A stretch of DNA of 64,000 nucleotides from Escherichia coli (GCF_013315695.1 NZ_CP054353.1), one strand, 5' to 3'. Counted from the stretch's first letter, positions 37,478 through 53,199 are shown. The notes: generated by a model not told the origin, from the letters alone. Numbers and translations are program-made.

Positions 37478-37502
37478 AATGCCGGATATGAAATCCGGCA
37501 TT
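37478..37502. terminator. Bidirectional rho-independent terminator between yajD and tsx
   Basis: AATGCCGGATATGAAATCCGGCATT perfect hairpin with A-run on one side and T-rich on the other. Confidence 0.7.
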
Positions 37503-37509
37503 CTCACAA

Positions 37510-38394
37510 TTAGAAGTTGTAACCTACTACCAGGTAACCACCCCAGCCGGTAGAGCGAACGTTGAAGTTGCCGTTGCCGAAGTTCAGTTCTGCATCGTCG
37601 TTCCACTGACCACCGTCGTGCCAGTAACGAGCTACGACAGAGTAGTGCCAATGATCGTAGTTCAGAGCCAGAATATGGCTGGAAGCGATAGAGTTATTAG
37701 TACGGGTCTTAATACCGTTGATTGCGTTACCGCTGTCATCCCCTAAATCGGAACCCCAGTCGAAGTTGGTGAAGCCGATGTAGCTCAGCTGACCGCCCCA
37801 CAGATCGGTAATCGGCACAAAGTATTTAATTTTGAAACGGTAACCGTCCCACTCGTTTTCGTTCGCTGCGCCATAGTTCTGCCACTGGTATTTCGCATAG
37901 ACGTTCATGGACAGGCTCATCGGCAGGCCAGTATCGATATCGGTACCCAGACCCATGTACCAGGTGCTCTGGCGACCATCTTTATTACGACCCATGTCGT
38001 AAATGTAGTTGTTCGCGAAGTACCACTCTTTGAACGGACCAAAGCTAAGGTCAGTATTGGTCAGCTTGTCGATGGAGAAACGTGGTTCGATTTCCATAAA
38101 CAGCGGAGAACCGTGGTTCCAGATACCTTTTGCATCGGAGTTACCGCCGAAGAATACCGGCGCATCCGCATAACCATAGAAGTCGAACCAGTCTTTTTTA
38201 GCGAATGCTTCGTACTCAAGGTAGGTATCGTTGCGGATCTGCGGTCCGAAACGGGTGTGATAGCTTCCGACAACGTTAACGCTCTGGTGCCACCAGTCGG
38301 AAAGATACTGCGGTTTGTCGTTTTCAGCTGCGTTGACAGTAAAAGACGAAGAGAGCGCCAGTACCGCACCGGCTGCCAGTAATGTTTTTTTCAT
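37510..38394 (-). CDS. tsx: Nucleoside-specific outer membrane channel Tsx
   Basis: 294-aa protein from [22 protein letters not shown]...; ends ...GYLVVGYNF. Confidence 0.95.
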
Positions 38395-38692
38395 ATGTAT
38401 GCCACTGTTTGAAAATCCCTTGCGGGAGTGAAAAAGGCGCAAATTGCGTTTCTAAATATTTCGTATACAGAGGAGCCTATTATAAAAATCATTGCTCACA
38501 AAAATATGTTTCGTTTCACAGTTCTATCATTTACGTAATCGATTGCGTTCACGTTTACACACATTCGGGCGGGGATTGTACTGACTTTCACCCTTGTTGC
38601 AAACTTTTACTATCAATCCAGGTGATGTAAGCGGAGTAACAAAATGACGGGAAAAGATGTTGCGGGACGCACAAAATCGCCCCGCTATACGT

Positions 38693-39103
38693 TTACTGCA
38701 TAACAGGTTGAATGTCGTGGATACGTACAAAGTCTAACTGTTCTACAGAAATCCCCTTTAACTGTAACGGAATATCAACATCGCTGGGGACGAGGACGCT
38801 GGCAGGGGCATTAATCAATTGATTCTGCAAATTGATTTCCTGAAAGTTGTCTATTGTTCCCTGAATTTGCCCATATTCAACAGTTCCGCTGAATGCGGGC
38901 AAGGGGTCATTCGACTCGCCCTGAATACGTAGCGTCAGGGTGGTGCCATCTGTATCATGCGTAATATTCACTAGCGACATACGTAAAGTACCGATCTGGC
39001 TTTCCAGTCTTGCCGGTGTTTTCGCTCCAGGCAGAAGGTAAACCCCACTGCTGGATTTTGCATTCAGCCTGTTTTGCTGAGTGATTTTGACGGTTTCTTT
39101 ATC
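38693..39103 (-). pseudogene. yajI: yajI lipoprotein gene, C-terminal portion (split by IS200/IS605-family insertion)
   Basis: Frame encodes ...DKETVKITQQNRLNAKSSSGVYLLPGAKTPARLESQIGTLRMSLVNITHDTDG...VMQ; boundary placed so that both parts sum to 179 aa, the YajI length as I remember it. Confidence 0.7.
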
Positions 39104-39582
39104 CGGTGCGCCGTAAAACCCCGTCCTTCAGGGCGGGGATATAAGGCGCGGTTTTCCACCTGACCAGGTGTTTGCTGTTGTTCAATGTATTGGCGGATGA
39201 CGGATATTGGCGCACCTCCGCAGCTACTGGCAAAATAGCCAGGACTCCACAAAACGCCTTTGTAGTAATACCTGACTGCAATATCTGGTCGATCTCGTCG
39301 CAGTCACCTACCCGATACGCCTTTGAGGCTGTTTACCAGACTGGATATCGCCAGTTTGGGAGGATAGTTAATTAACAAATGGACGTGATCTGGTTCGCCA
39401 TCCATTTCAACCAGTTCAGCTTCAAAATCAGCACATACATTTGAATAGTAAGTGCGTAGTTTTTCTGTCGCGTCATGGTCAAAAATCTGGCGTCGGTATT
39501 TGGGACAAAGACCAGGTGAACATGCATCAGGAAAACACAATGCCTTCCACGCCGGATATCGGTTTCTTTTTTCACAGACCAA
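39064..39582 (-). pseudogene. tnpA: IS200-type tnpA (HuH transposase), apparently frameshifted
   Basis: N-terminal ORF 39304..39582 has CPKYRRQIF and the HuH motif DHVHLLINYPP, then stops; the C-terminal part (WSPGYFASSCGGAPISVIRQYIEQQ) continues in another frame (39064..39252). Confidence 0.6.
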
Positions 39583-40850
39583 AGTATCATTTGACCTGTG
39601 AAACGATTACAGGCATTTAAATTCCAGTTAAGACCAGGTGGTCAACAGGAGTGTGAAATGAGGCGCTTCGCAGGCGCATGTCGTTTCGTTTTCAATCGTG
39701 CTCTGGCGCTTCAGAATGAGAATCATGAGGCCGGTAATAAATACATCCCTTACGGGAAAATGGCTTCCTGGCTGGTTGAGTGGAAAAACGCCACTGAAAT
39801 GCAATGGCTTAAAGATTCGCCCTCACAGCCATTGCAACAGTCACTGAAAGACCTTGAGCGGGCTTACAAAAACTTCTTCCAGAAGCGGGCTGCTTTTCCC
39901 CGATTCAAAAAGCGGGGACAGAATGATGCATTCCGCTACCCGCAGGGCGTTAAGCTCGATCAGGAAAACAGCCGTATTTTTCTGCCGAAACTTGGCTGGA
40001 TGCGCTACCGGAACAGCCGTCAGGTCACGGGTGTTGTGAAAAATGTCACTGTCAGCCAGTCCTGCGGTAAGTGGTACATCAGTATTCAGACAGAAAGTGA
40101 AGTATCCACTCCGGTTCACCCTTCAGCATCAATGGTCGGGCTGGATGCTGGCGTGGCTAAACTCGCCACGCTGTCAGATGGCACAGTCTTTGAGCCTGTA
40201 AACAGTTTTCAGAAAAACCAGAAGACGCTGGCGAGACTTCAGCGACAGTTAAGCCGCAAGGTCGAATTCAGCAATAACTGGCAGAAGCAGAAACGCAAAA
40301 TACAGCGACTGCATTCCCGTATCGCAAATATCCGCAGGGACTACCTTCACAAAGTCACAACGACCGTCAGCAAAAACCACGCAATGATAGTCATTGAGGA
40401 TTTGAAGGTCAGCAACATGTCAAAGTCAGCAGCGGGTACGGTCAGCCAGCCGGGGCGCAATGTCCGGGCAAAATCAGGTTTAAACCGTTCGATACTGGAT
40501 CAGGGCTGGTATGAAATGCGCCGCCAGCTTGAGTACAAGCAGCTCTGGCGTGGCGGTCAGGTGCTTGCTGTTCCGCCAGCGTACACAAGCCAGCGTTGCG
40601 CGTGCTGTGGTCATACAGCGAAAGAAAATCGCCTGTCACAAAGTAAATTCAGATGCCAGGCATGTGGATATACAGCGAACGCTGATGTAAATGGCGCTCG
40701 TAACATTTTAGCGGCGGGGCACGCCGTTCTTGCCTGTGGAGGGATGGTGCAGTCAGGCCGCCCGTTGAAGCAGGAACCCACCGAAATGATTCAGGCGACA
40801 GCCTGAACGTAGCAGGGATCCACGTCCTTCAGGGCGTGGAGGATGTCAAT
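39104..40850 (+). mobile_element. IS200/IS605-family insertion sequence (IS609-like), about 1.75 kb
   Basis: Divergent tnpA (HuH Y1 transposase, degraded) and tnpB; near-identical subterminal imperfect hairpins at both ends; interrupts yajI; no terminal inverted repeats, as expected for this family; boundaries inferred. Confidence 0.75.
39598..40806 (+). CDS. tnpB: TnpB (IS605 OrfB family RNA-guided endonuclease; InsQ-like)
   Basis: 402-aa [20 protein letters not shown]... with RuvC-like motifs ([24 protein letters not shown]) and CxxC...CxxC zinc finger. Confidence 0.9.
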   Translation: MKRLQAFKFQLRPGGQQECEMRRFAGACRFVFNRALALQNENHEAGNKYIPYGKMASWLVEWKNATEMQWLKDSPSQPLQQSLKDLERAYKNFFQKRAAFPRFKKRGQNDAFRYPQGVKLDQENSRIFLPKLGWMRYRNSRQVTGVVKNVTVSQSCGKWYISIQTESEVSTPVHPSASMVGLDAGVAKLATLSDGTVFEPVNSFQKNQKTLARLQRQLSRKVEFSNNWQKQKRKIQRLHSRIANIRRDYLHKVTTTVSKNHAMIVIEDLKVSNMSKSAAGTVSQPGRNVRAKSGLNRSILDQGWYEMRRQLEYKQLWRGGQVLAVPPAYTSQRCACCGHTAKENRLSQSKFRCQACGYTANADVNGARNILAAGHAVLACGGMVQSGRPLKQEPTEMIQATA

Positions 40851-40979
40851 GAGTTGCGTCATCTCCTGGTTCAGTGTGCTGACGCTGTGTTTCATCTGCC
40901 GCACTTCGCTTTGCTGCACACAGGCGCTAAGGCTGAACAGGCTTCCCAGCAGGAGCAGTCGAAAAACGTTAGTATTCAT
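40851..40979 (-). pseudogene. yajI: yajI lipoprotein gene, N-terminal portion
   Basis: MNTNVFRLLLLGSLFSLSACVQQSEVRQMKHSVSTLNQEMTQL (lipoprotein signal peptide with lipobox LSAC), then the frame runs into the IS right end. Confidence 0.7.
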
Positions 40980-41093
40980 AGGTCGTCCCTTTCTCGTCGC
41001 AATTAGCCTAATGGTAGAGGGTAAAAGCAGTGAAAGCATCGATCCTTTATCTCAAAAGCGTTGCGCCTTTGTTGTATCGTCAGTTCAGGGTAA

Positions 41094-41579
<486 letters not shown>

Positions 41580-41582
41580 GCC

Positions 41583-42686
41583 GTGCAGGACGAGTATTAC
41601 ATGGCGCGGGCGCTAAAGCTGGCGCAACGAGGACGTTTTACCACGCATCCCAACCCGAATGTCGGGTGCGTCATTGTCAAAGATGGCGAAACTGTCGGTG
41701 AAGGTTACCATCAACGAGCGGGTGAACCGCATGCCGAGGTACACGCGTTGCGCATGGCCGGCGAAAAAGCCAAAGGCGCAACGGCGTATGTCACACTCGA
41801 ACCCTGTAGCCATCATGGTCGTACGCCACCGTGTTGTGATGCATTAATTGCTGCGGGCGTGGCGCGCGTGGTTGCTGCAATGCAAGACCCCAATCCGCAG
41901 GTCGCTGGGCGTGGACTTTACCGTCTACAACAGGCTGGTATTGACGTCAGCCACGGGTTGATGATGAGTGAAGCCGAGCAATTGAATAAAGGCTTTCTCA
42001 AGCGGATGCGCACCGGCTTTCCTTATATTCAGTTAAAACTTGGCGCATCGCTTGATGGCCGCACGGCGATGGCGAGCGGCGAAAGCCAGTGGATCACTTC
42101 GCCTCAGGCGCGGCGCGACGTACAACGACTGCGCGCACAAAGTCATGCCATTTTAACCAGCAGCGCCACGGTGCTGGCGGATGATCCAGCCTTAACAGTG
42201 CGTTGGTCTGAACTGGATGAACAAACTCAGGCGCTCTATCCGCAACAAAATCTCCGTCAGCCGATACGTATTGTGATTGATAGCCAAAATCGCGTGACGC
42301 CGGAACATCGCATTGTGCAGCAGCCCGGCGAAACTTGGTTCGCGCGTACTCAGGATGATTCTCGTGAGTGGCCGGAAACGGTGCGTACCTTGCTGATTCC
42401 AGAGCATAAAGGTCATCTGGATCTGGTTGTACTGATGATGCAACTGGGTAAACAGCAAATTAACAGCATCTGGGTGGAAGCGGGGCCAACGCTCGCTGGC
42501 GCATTGCTACAGGCGGGGTTAGTCGATGAGCTGATTGTCTATATCGCACCTAAACTATTAGGCAGCGACGCCCGTGGATTATGCTCGCTGCCAGGGCTTG
42601 AGAAATTAGCCGACGCCCCCCAATTTAAATTCAAAGAGATACGTCATGTAGGCCCGGATGTTTGCCTGCATTTAGTGGGTGCATGA
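41583..42686 (+). CDS. ribD: Riboflavin biosynthesis bifunctional deaminase/reductase
   Basis: 367-aa ORF with CMP/dCMP deaminase motif (HAEVHAL...[11 protein letters not shown]). Confidence 0.95.
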
Positions 42687-42774
42687 TCTCCCGGCTCGAA
42701 AGGGAAGCAGAGCACGAAATATTATGCTAAAATCCGCCCCCCTGCGGGGCCATACTCGAACCCGAAGGAAGAAA

Positions 42775-43245
42775 ATGAACATTATTGAAGCTAACGTTGC
42801 TACCCCGGACGCTCGCGTCGCCATCACCATCGCGCGTTTCAACAACTTTATCAATGACAGCCTGCTGGAAGGTGCAATTGACGCACTGAAACGTATCGGT
42901 CAGGTAAAAGATGAAAACATTACCGTTGTTTGGGTGCCTGGTGCCTATGAGCTGCCGCTGGCGGCGGGTGCACTGGCTAAAACCGGTAAATACGACGCGG
43001 TGATTGCGCTGGGTACGGTTATTCGTGGTGGCACTGCCCACTTTGAATATGTCGCTGGTGGTGCAAGCAACGGCCTGGCGCATGTTGCCCAGGACAGCGA
43101 AATTCCGGTTGCTTTTGGTGTTCTGACCACTGAAAGCATTGAACAAGCGATCGAACGTGCTGGCACCAAAGCTGGCAACAAAGGTGCAGAAGCTGCACTG
43201 ACCGCGCTTGAAATGATTAATGTATTGAAAGCCATCAAGGCCTGA
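42775..43245 (+). CDS. ribE: 6,7-dimethyl-8-ribityllumazine synthase (RibE, also called RibH)
   Basis: 156-aa protein from [26 protein letters not shown]... Confidence 0.95.
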
Positions 43246-43264
43246 AATTAGTAAGGGGAAATCC

Positions 43265-43684
43265 GTGAAACCTGCTGCTCGTCGCCGCGCTCGTGAGTGT
43301 GCCGTCCAGGCGCTCTACTCCTGGCAGTTGTCCCAGAACGACATCGCTGATGTTGAATACCAGTTCCTGGCTGAACAGGATGTAAAAGACGTTGACGTCC
43401 TGTACTTCCGTGAGCTGCTGGCCGGGGTGGCGACTAACACCGCATACCTCGACGGACTGATGAAGCCATACCTGTCCCGCCTGCTGGAAGAACTGGGCCA
43501 GGTAGAAAAAGCAGTACTGCGCATTGCGCTGTACGAGCTGTCTAAACGTAGCGATGTGCCATACAAAGTGGCCATTAACGAAGCGATCGAACTGGCGAAA
43601 TCGTTCGGCGCAGAAGACAGCCATAAGTTCGTCAACGGCGTACTCGATAAAGCAGCACCTGTGATTCGCCCTAACAAAAAGTGA
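43265..43684 (+). CDS. nusB: Transcription antitermination factor NusB
   Basis: 139-aa [29 protein letters not shown]... Confidence 0.95.
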
Positions 43685-43690
43685 TATCCA

Positions 43691-43742
43691 GGCCGGTAGA
43701 TTCACGGAAGACCGTTCCGCGATCGCCGGCCTTTTCTTTTTT
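43691..43742 (+). terminator. Rho-independent terminator after nusB
   Basis: Long GC-rich hairpin (GGCCGG...CCGGCC) followed by TTTTCTTTTTT. Confidence 0.55.
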
Positions 43743-43761
43743 ACCTGCTGAGGCATAACGT

Positions 43762-44739
43762 ATGGCATGTGGCGAGTTCTCCCTGATTGCCCGTTATTTT
43801 GACCGTGTAAGAAGTTCTCGTCTTGATGTCGAACTGGGCATCGGCGACGATTGCGCACTTCTCAATATCCCCGAGAAGCAGACCCTGGCGATCAGCACTG
43901 ATACGCTGGTGGCGGGCAACCACTTCCTCCCTGATATCGATCCTGCTGATCTGGCGTATAAAGCACTGGCGGTGAACCTAAGCGATCTGGCAGCGATGGG
44001 GGCCGATCCAGCCTGGCTGACGCTGGCATTAACCTTACCGGACGTCGACGAAGCGTGGCTTGAGTCCTTCAGCGACAGTTTGTTTGATCTTCTCAATTAT
44101 TACGATATGCAACTCATTGGCGGCGATACCACGCGTGGGCCATTATCAATGACGCTGGGTATCCACGGCTTTGTTCCGATGGGACGAGCCTTAACGCGCG
44201 CTGGGGCGAAACCGGGTGACTGGATCTATGTGACCGGTACACCGGGCGATAGCGCCGCCGGGCTGGCGATTTTGCAAAACCGTTTGCAGGTTGCCGATGC
44301 TAAAGATGCGGACTACTTGATCAAACGTCATCTCCGTCCATCGCCGCGTATTTTACAGGGGCAGGCACTGCGTGATCTGGCAAATTCAGCTATCGATCTC
44401 TCTGACGGTCTGATTTCCGATCTCGGGCATATCGTGAAAGCCAGCGACTGCGGCGCACGTATTGACCTGGCATTGCTGCCGTTTTCTGATGCGCTTTCTC
44501 GCCATGTTGAACCTGAACAGGCGTTGCGCTGGGCGCTCTCTGGCGGTGAAGATTACGAGTTGTGTTTCACTGTGCCGGAACTGAACCGTGGCGCGCTGGA
44601 TGTGGCTCTCGGACACCTGGGCGTACCGTTTACCTGTATCGGGCAAATGACCGCCGATATCGAAGGGCTTTGTTTTATTCGTGACGGCGAACCTGTCACG
44701 TTAGACTGGAAAGGATATGACCATTTTGCCACGCCATAA
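43762..44739 (+). CDS. thiL: Thiamine-monophosphate kinase
   Basis: 325-aa [37 protein letters not shown]... Confidence 0.95.
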   Translation: MACGEFSLIARYFDRVRSSRLDVELGIGDDCALLNIPEKQTLAISTDTLVAGNHFLPDIDPADLAYKALAVNLSDLAAMGADPAWLTLALTLPDVDEAWLESFSDSLFDLLNYYDMQLIGGDTTRGPLSMTLGIHGFVPMGRALTRAGAKPGDWIYVTGTPGDSAAGLAILQNRLQVADAKDADYLIKRHLRPSPRILQGQALRDLANSAIDLSDGLISDLGHIVKASDCGARIDLALLPFSDALSRHVEPEQALRWALSGGEDYELCFTVPELNRGALDVALGHLGVPFTCIGQMTADIEGLCFIRDGEPVTLDWKGYDHFATP

Positions 44740-45235
44740 AGATGTCGCGAAAAGTCGCCTGAAGATGAGTAATCCGTGGCATCTGCTTGCTGTCGGATTC
44801 GGAAGTGGATTAAGCCCAATCGTTCCTGGCACGATGGGATCGCTGGCAGCGATTCCGTTCTGGTATCTGATGACTTTTTTGCCCTGGCAGCTCTATTCGC
44901 TGGTGGTGATGCTGGGGATCTGTATCGGCGTGTATCTTTGTCATCAAACGGCGAAAGACATGGGTGTGCACGATCACGGCAGCATTGTCTGGGACGAATT
45001 TATCGGTATGTGGATCACGCTCATGGCGCTGCCGACCAATGACTGGCAGTGGGTTGCCGCCGGGTTTGTGATTTTCCGTATTCTGGATATGTGGAAGCCG
45101 TGGCCGATCCGTTGGTTTGATCGCAATGTACATGGCGGCATGGGGATCATGATTGACGATATTGTCGCCGGGGTGATTTCCGCAGGCATCCTGTACTTTA
45201 TTGGACATCACTGGCCGCTGGGTATTCTGTCGTAG
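44717..45235 (+). CDS. pgpA: Phosphatidylglycerophosphatase A
   Basis: 172-aa ORF, overlaps the thiL 3' end by 23 bp. Confidence 0.95.
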   Translation: MTILPRHKDVAKSRLKMSNPWHLLAVGFGSGLSPIVPGTMGSLAAIPFWYLMTFLPWQLYSLVVMLGICIGVYLCHQTAKDMGVHDHGSIVWDEFIGMWITLMALPTNDWQWVAAGFVIFRILDMWKPWPIRWFDRNVHGGMGIMIDDIVAGVISAGILYFIGHHWPLGILS

Positions 45236-45242
45236 TTGTGCA

Positions 45243-45285
45243 CCGATGCCTGATGTGACGCTTGTCACGTCTCATCAGGCCTGCA
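45243..45285. repeat. REP-like palindromic element
   Basis: GATGCCTGATGTGACGCTTGTCACGTCTCATCAGGCCTGC between convergent pgpA and yajO. Confidence 0.45.
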
Positions 45286-45288
45286 TAC

Positions 45289-46263
45289 CTATTTAAATCC
45301 TACGACCGGATGCGGTTTATACGGCGTTTCCAGTTCAGCAATCTGTTCCGGCTTCAAGGTGATATCCACCGCGTTCAGCAATTCATCAAGTTGTTCTTCC
45401 CGCGAAGTACCAATAATCGGCGCGGCAATGCCAGGTTTGCTCAACAACCATGCCAGCGCGACTTGTGCTCGCGTTGCCCCCAGTTCTTCACTGACGTCCG
45501 TTAAGCGTTCTGCAATCTGCGCGTCATTTTCATCGCTTTCTTGGTAGAGATTTTTCCCCACTTCATCCGACACCAGCCGCGCGGTGGTTTCTCCCCACGG
45601 ACGCGTCAGACGTCCCCGCGCCAGCGGGCTCCACGGAATCACCGCTACGCCTTCCTGATAACACAGCGGCAGCATCTCGCGCTCTTCTTCACGATAAATC
45701 AGATTGTAGTGATCCTGCATACTGACAAACTGCGCCCAGCCGTGCTGTTTTTGTAGTTCCAGTGCTTGAGCAAACTGCGAAGCGTGCATGGATGACGCGC
45801 CGATATAACGCGCTTTCCCGGCTTTTACCACGTCGTTGAGGGCTTCCAGCGTCTCTTCGATCGGCGTGTTGTAATCCCAGCGATGAATTTGCAGGATATC
45901 GACATAATCCATGCCGAGACGGCGCAGGCTGTCGTCGATAGAGCGCAAAATTTGTGCACGGGATAATCCTTCCGGTAAATCACCAACGCGATGGAACACT
46001 TTGGTCGCAACGACCACGTCTTCACGACGGGCGAAATCCCGCAGTGCGCGACCGACGATCTCTTCGCTGCTGCCATCGGAATAGCTATTGGCGGTATCAA
46101 AGAAATTTATGCCGCCTTCCAGCGCACGTTTAATAATGGGACGGCTGCTCTCTTCCGGCAGTGTCCATGCGTGATTACCGCGATCTGGCTCGCCAAAGGT
46201 CATACAGCCGAGGCAAAGTCGGGAAACGCGAAGGTCGGTTTTTCCTAAGGGCTTGTATTGCAT
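45289..46263 (-). CDS. yajO: Aldo-keto reductase YajO
   Basis: 324-aa ORF MQYKPLGKTDLRVSRLCLGCMTFG... Confidence 0.9.
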   Translation of the reverse strand: MQYKPLGKTDLRVSRLCLGCMTFGEPDRGNHAWTLPEESSRPIIKRALEGGINFFDTANSYSDGSSEEIVGRALRDFARREDVVVATKVFHRVGDLPEGLSRAQILRSIDDSLRRLGMDYVDILQIHRWDYNTPIEETLEALNDVVKAGKARYIGASSMHASQFAQALELQKQHGWAQFVSMQDHYNLIYREEEREMLPLCYQEGVAVIPWSPLARGRLTRPWGETTARLVSDEVGKNLYQESDENDAQIAERLTDVSEELGATRAQVALAWLLSKPGIAAPIIGTSREEQLDELLNAVDITLKPEQIAELETPYKPHPVVGFK

Positions 46264-46317
46264 GCTGCCACTCCTACCATGAATAATTTCTTAAGCATAG
46301 CAGGAGTGGAGTAGGGA

Positions 46318-48180
<1,863 letters not shown>

Positions 48181-48204
48181 CAGGGGCCTATTAATACTTA
48201 TTGT

Positions 48205-49104
48205 TTATTTATTACGCTGGATGATGTAGTCCGCTAGCGCTTCCAGTGCCGAGGTATCGAGTGACTGTTCAGTCAGTTGTTTCAGCGACTGACGGGCATC
48301 GTCGATCAGATCCCGGGCTTTCTTCCGGGCTTGCTCAAGACCCAGAAGTGCAGGGTAGGTACTTTTACCAAGTTGCTGGTCGGCACCCTGGCGTTTTCCC
48401 AACGTTGCAGTATCTCCCACCACATCCAGGATGTCATCCTGAACCTGGAAGGCAAGGCCGATGCTCTCTGCGTACTTGTCGAGTACAGGCAGAGCACGAC
48501 GTCCTTTATCTCCGGCGCTTAATGCACCAAGGCGAACGGCGGCGCGAATCAATGCGCCGGTTTTATGACGATGAATACGCTCAAGCGCCTCCAGAGGTAC
48601 GTGTTTGCCTTCCGCGTCTAAATCTAATGCCTGACCACCGCACATTCCGGCAATACCGCTGGCGCTCGCCAGTTCAGAAATCATCGAAATTCTGTCGCGA
48701 TCCGACACTTCCGGCATATCAGCATCGCTTAAAATCGAGAACGCCAGCGTTTGTAAAGCGTCACCAGCGAGAATCGCGTTCGCTTCGCCAAACTTCACAT
48801 GGCAGGTCGGCAAACCGCGACGCAGATCGTCATCATCCATCGCCGGTAAATCATCATGAATTAATGAGTAAGCGTGGATACACTCAACGGCGGCAGCGGG
48901 TGCGTCCAGCGTGTTTGTGCTAACGCCGAACATATGACCGGTGGCATAAACCAGGAAAGGTCGCAGGCGCTTACCACCTAATAATGCGCCATACTGCATG
49001 GTTTCGACCACGGGAGTGTTCTGAAAGGGCAGTGGGGCGATAAAACGGCTCAGCGCCTGGTTGGCCTGCTTAACGCAGGCTTCGAGTTGCTGCGGAAAGT
49101 CCAT
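48205..49104 (-). CDS. ispA: Farnesyl diphosphate synthase
   Basis: 299-aa ORF with DDLPAMDDDDLRRG (FARM) motif. Confidence 0.95.
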   Translation of the reverse strand: MDFPQQLEACVKQANQALSRFIAPLPFQNTPVVETMQYGALLGGKRLRPFLVYATGHMFGVSTNTLDAPAAAVECIHAYSLIHDDLPAMDDDDLRRGLPTCHVKFGEANAILAGDALQTLAFSILSDADMPEVSDRDRISMISELASASGIAGMCGGQALDLDAEGKHVPLEALERIHRHKTGALIRAAVRLGALSAGDKGRRALPVLDKYAESIGLAFQVQDDILDVVGDTATLGKRQGADQQLGKSTYPALLGLEQARKKARDLIDDARQSLKQLTEQSLDTSALEALADYIIQRNK

Positions 49105-49346
49105 TACTCATTGTCCGGTGTAAAAGGGGTTAGAGAGGCGTCTTCATTGTCAGACAGCAGAATTTGCACGCGCTGTTCGGCTTGTTGTAATTTGGCCTGC
49201 CCCTGACGTGCCAGTTGCACGCCGCGTTCGAACTCGTTCAGCGCCTCTTCCAGCGGCAGGTCGCCACTTTCCAGACGGGTTACAATCTGTTCCAGCTCGC
49301 TCAGCGCCTTTTCAAAGCTGGCGGGCGCCTCATTTTTCTTCGGCAT
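49104..49346 (-). CDS. xseB: Exodeoxyribonuclease VII small subunit
   Basis: 80-aa [39 protein letters not shown]... Confidence 0.95.
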
Positions 49347-49551
49347 AATGAATGTCTGACTCTCAATATTTTTCGCCCCGTCATGGTAACGGACTCAGGG
49401 CAAATAGCAAATAACGCGCAATGGTAAGGTGATGTGCGCAGCAAAGCGATGTTAGTGGTATACTTCCGCGCCTGGATGCAGCCGCAGGTGTGGGCTGCTG
49501 TATTTTTCCCTATACAAGTCGCTTAAGGCTTGCCAACGAACCATTGCCGCC

Positions 49552-51000
49552 ATGAAGTTTATCATTAAATTGTTCCCGGAAATCACCATCAAAAGCCAAT
49601 CTGTGCGCTTGCGCTTTATAAAAATCCTTACCGGGAACATTCGTAACGTTTTAAAGCACTATGATGAGACGCTCGCTGTCGTCCGCCACTGGGATAACAT
49701 CGAAGTTCGCGCAAAAGATGAAAACCAGCGTCTGGCCATTCGCGACGCCCTGACCCGTATTCCGGGTATCCACCATATTCTCGAAGTCGAAGACGTGCCG
49801 TTTACCGACATGCACGATATTTTCGAGAAAGCGTTGGTTCAGTATCGCGATCAGCTGGAAGGCAAAACCTTCTGCGTGCGCGTGAAGCGCCGTGGCAAAC
49901 ATGATTTTAGCTCGATTGATGTGGAACGTTACGTCGGCGGCGGTTTAAATCAGCATATTGAGTCCGCGCGCGTGAAGCTGACCAATCCGGATGTGACTGT
50001 CCATCTGGAAGTGGAAGACGATCGCCTCCTGCTAATTAAAGGCCGCTACGAAGGTATTGGCGGTTTCCCGATCGGCACCCAGGAAGATGTGTTGTCGCTC
50101 ATTTCCGGTGGTTTCGACTCCGGTGTTTCCAGTTATATGTTGATGCGTCGCGGCTGCCGCGTGCATTACTGCTTCTTTAACCTCGGCGGCGCGGCGCATG
50201 AAATTGGCGTGCGTCAGGTGGCGCATTATCTGTGGAACCGCTTTGGCAGCTCCCACCGCGTGCGTTTTGTCGCTATTAATTTCGAACCTGTCGTCGGGGA
50301 AATTCTCGAGAAAATCGACGACGGTCAGATGGGCGTTATCCTCAAACGTATGATGGTGCGTGCCGCGTCCAAAGTGGCAGAACGTTACGGCGTACAGGCG
50401 CTGGTTACCGGTGAAGCACTCGGCCAGGTGTCCAGCCAGACGCTGACCAACCTGCGCCTGATTGATAACGTCTCCGATACGCTGATCCTGCGTCCGCTGA
50501 TCTCTTACGACAAAGAGCACATCATCAACCTGGCTCGCCAGATTGGCACCGAAGACTTTGCCCGCACGATGCCGGAATATTGCGGCGTGATTTCCAAAAG
50601 CCCGACGGTGAAAGCGGTTAAATCGAAGATTGAAGCGGAAGAAGAGAAGTTCGACTTCAGCATTCTCGATAAAGTGGTTGAGGAAGCGAATAACGTTGAT
50701 ATCCGCGAAATCGCCCAGCAGACCGAGCAGGAAGTGGTGGAAGTGGAAACCGTCAATGGCTTCGGCCCGAACGACGTGATCCTCGATATCCGTTCTATCG
50801 ATGAACAGGAAGATAAGCCACTGAAAGTCGAAGGGATTGATGTGGTTTCTCTGCCGTTCTATAAACTGAGCACCAAATTTGGCGATCTCGACCAGAACAG
50901 AACCTGGCTACTGTGGTGTGAGCGCGGGGTGATGAGCCGTCTGCAGGCGCTCTATCTGCGCGAGCAGGGCTTTAACAATGTGAAGGTGTATCGCCCGTAA
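49552..51000 (+). CDS. thiI: tRNA sulfurtransferase ThiI (s4U synthesis / thiamine)
   Basis: 482-aa [29 protein letters not shown]... with PP-loop (SGGFDS) and C-terminal rhodanese domain. Confidence 0.95.
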   Translation: MKFIIKLFPEITIKSQSVRLRFIKILTGNIRNVLKHYDETLAVVRHWDNIEVRAKDENQRLAIRDALTRIPGIHHILEVEDVPFTDMHDIFEKALVQYRDQLEGKTFCVRVKRRGKHDFSSIDVERYVGGGLNQHIESARVKLTNPDVTVHLEVEDDRLLLIKGRYEGIGGFPIGTQEDVLSLISGGFDSGVSSYMLMRRGCRVHYCFFNLGGAAHEIGVRQVAHYLWNRFGSSHRVRFVAINFEPVVGEILEKIDDGQMGVILKRMMVRAASKVAERYGVQALVTGEALGQVSSQTLTNLRLIDNVSDTLILRPLISYDKEHIINLARQIGTEDFARTMPEYCGVISKSPTVKAVKSKIEAEEEKFDFSILDKVVEEANNVDIREIAQQTEQEVVEVETVNGFGPNDVILDIRSIDEQEDKPLKVEGIDVVSLPFYKLSTKFGDLDQNRTWLLWCERGVMSRLQALYLREQGFNNVKVYRP

Positions 51001-51053
51001 TATGTGGTTGTAACGTCGCATCTGGTCAGATGCGACGTTTGCCGCATCCGACA

Positions 51054-52518
<1,465 letters not shown>

Positions 52519-52685
52519 TGTTCCTCCTCACCCGCAACCACTCCGGGTGTTCAATAAGGCTATCCCTTAATTGTGCATGCTGTTGCGACTATGCACAATT
52601 AAGGGATACGTCCTGGTGCAGGACTGTTGGTTATTTAACTTTGCAGGTATTATGCTTCGCATCAAAAATGAAGGTAGAGGAAAAG

Positions 52686-53177
52686 ATGCCATCTTTCGAT
52701 ATTGTCTCTGAAGTTGATCTTCAGGAAGCACGTAACGCGGTCGATAACGCGAGCCGCGAAGTGGAGTCCCGTTTTGACTTCCGTAATGTTGAAGCCTCAT
52801 TTGAGCTGAACGACGCCAGCAAAACCATCAAAGTGTTGAGCGAGTCCGATTTCCAGGTCAATCAGTTGCTGGATATTCTGCGTGCCAAGCTGCTGAAGCG
52901 CGGCATTGAAGGCAGTTCACTGGATGTACCGGAAAATATCGTTCATAGCGGTAAAACCTGGTTTGTGGAAGCGAAACTGAAACAGGGCATTGAGAGCGCG
53001 ACCCAGAAGAAAATCGTCAAGATGATTAAAGACAGCAAACTGAAAGTGCAGGCGCAAATTCAGGGCGATGAGATCCGTGTAACGGGTAAATCTCGTGATG
53101 ATTTGCAGGCTGTCATGGCGATGGTACGTGGGGGCGATCTCGGTCAGCCGTTCCAGTTCAAAAACTTCCGCGATTAA
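52686..53177 (+). CDS. yajQ: YajQ nucleotide-binding protein (UPF0234)
   Basis: 163-aa protein from [26 protein letters not shown]...; ORF track over-extended. Confidence 0.9.
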
Positions 53178-53199
53178 TCGCGACAACCTGCGCTTTGTT

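Noticed and set aside
39064-39281. Two small minus-strand ORFs (39064..39252 and 39099..39281) as separate genes
   Set aside because: They are alternative frames of the degraded tnpA C-terminus and left end of the IS, not independent genes.
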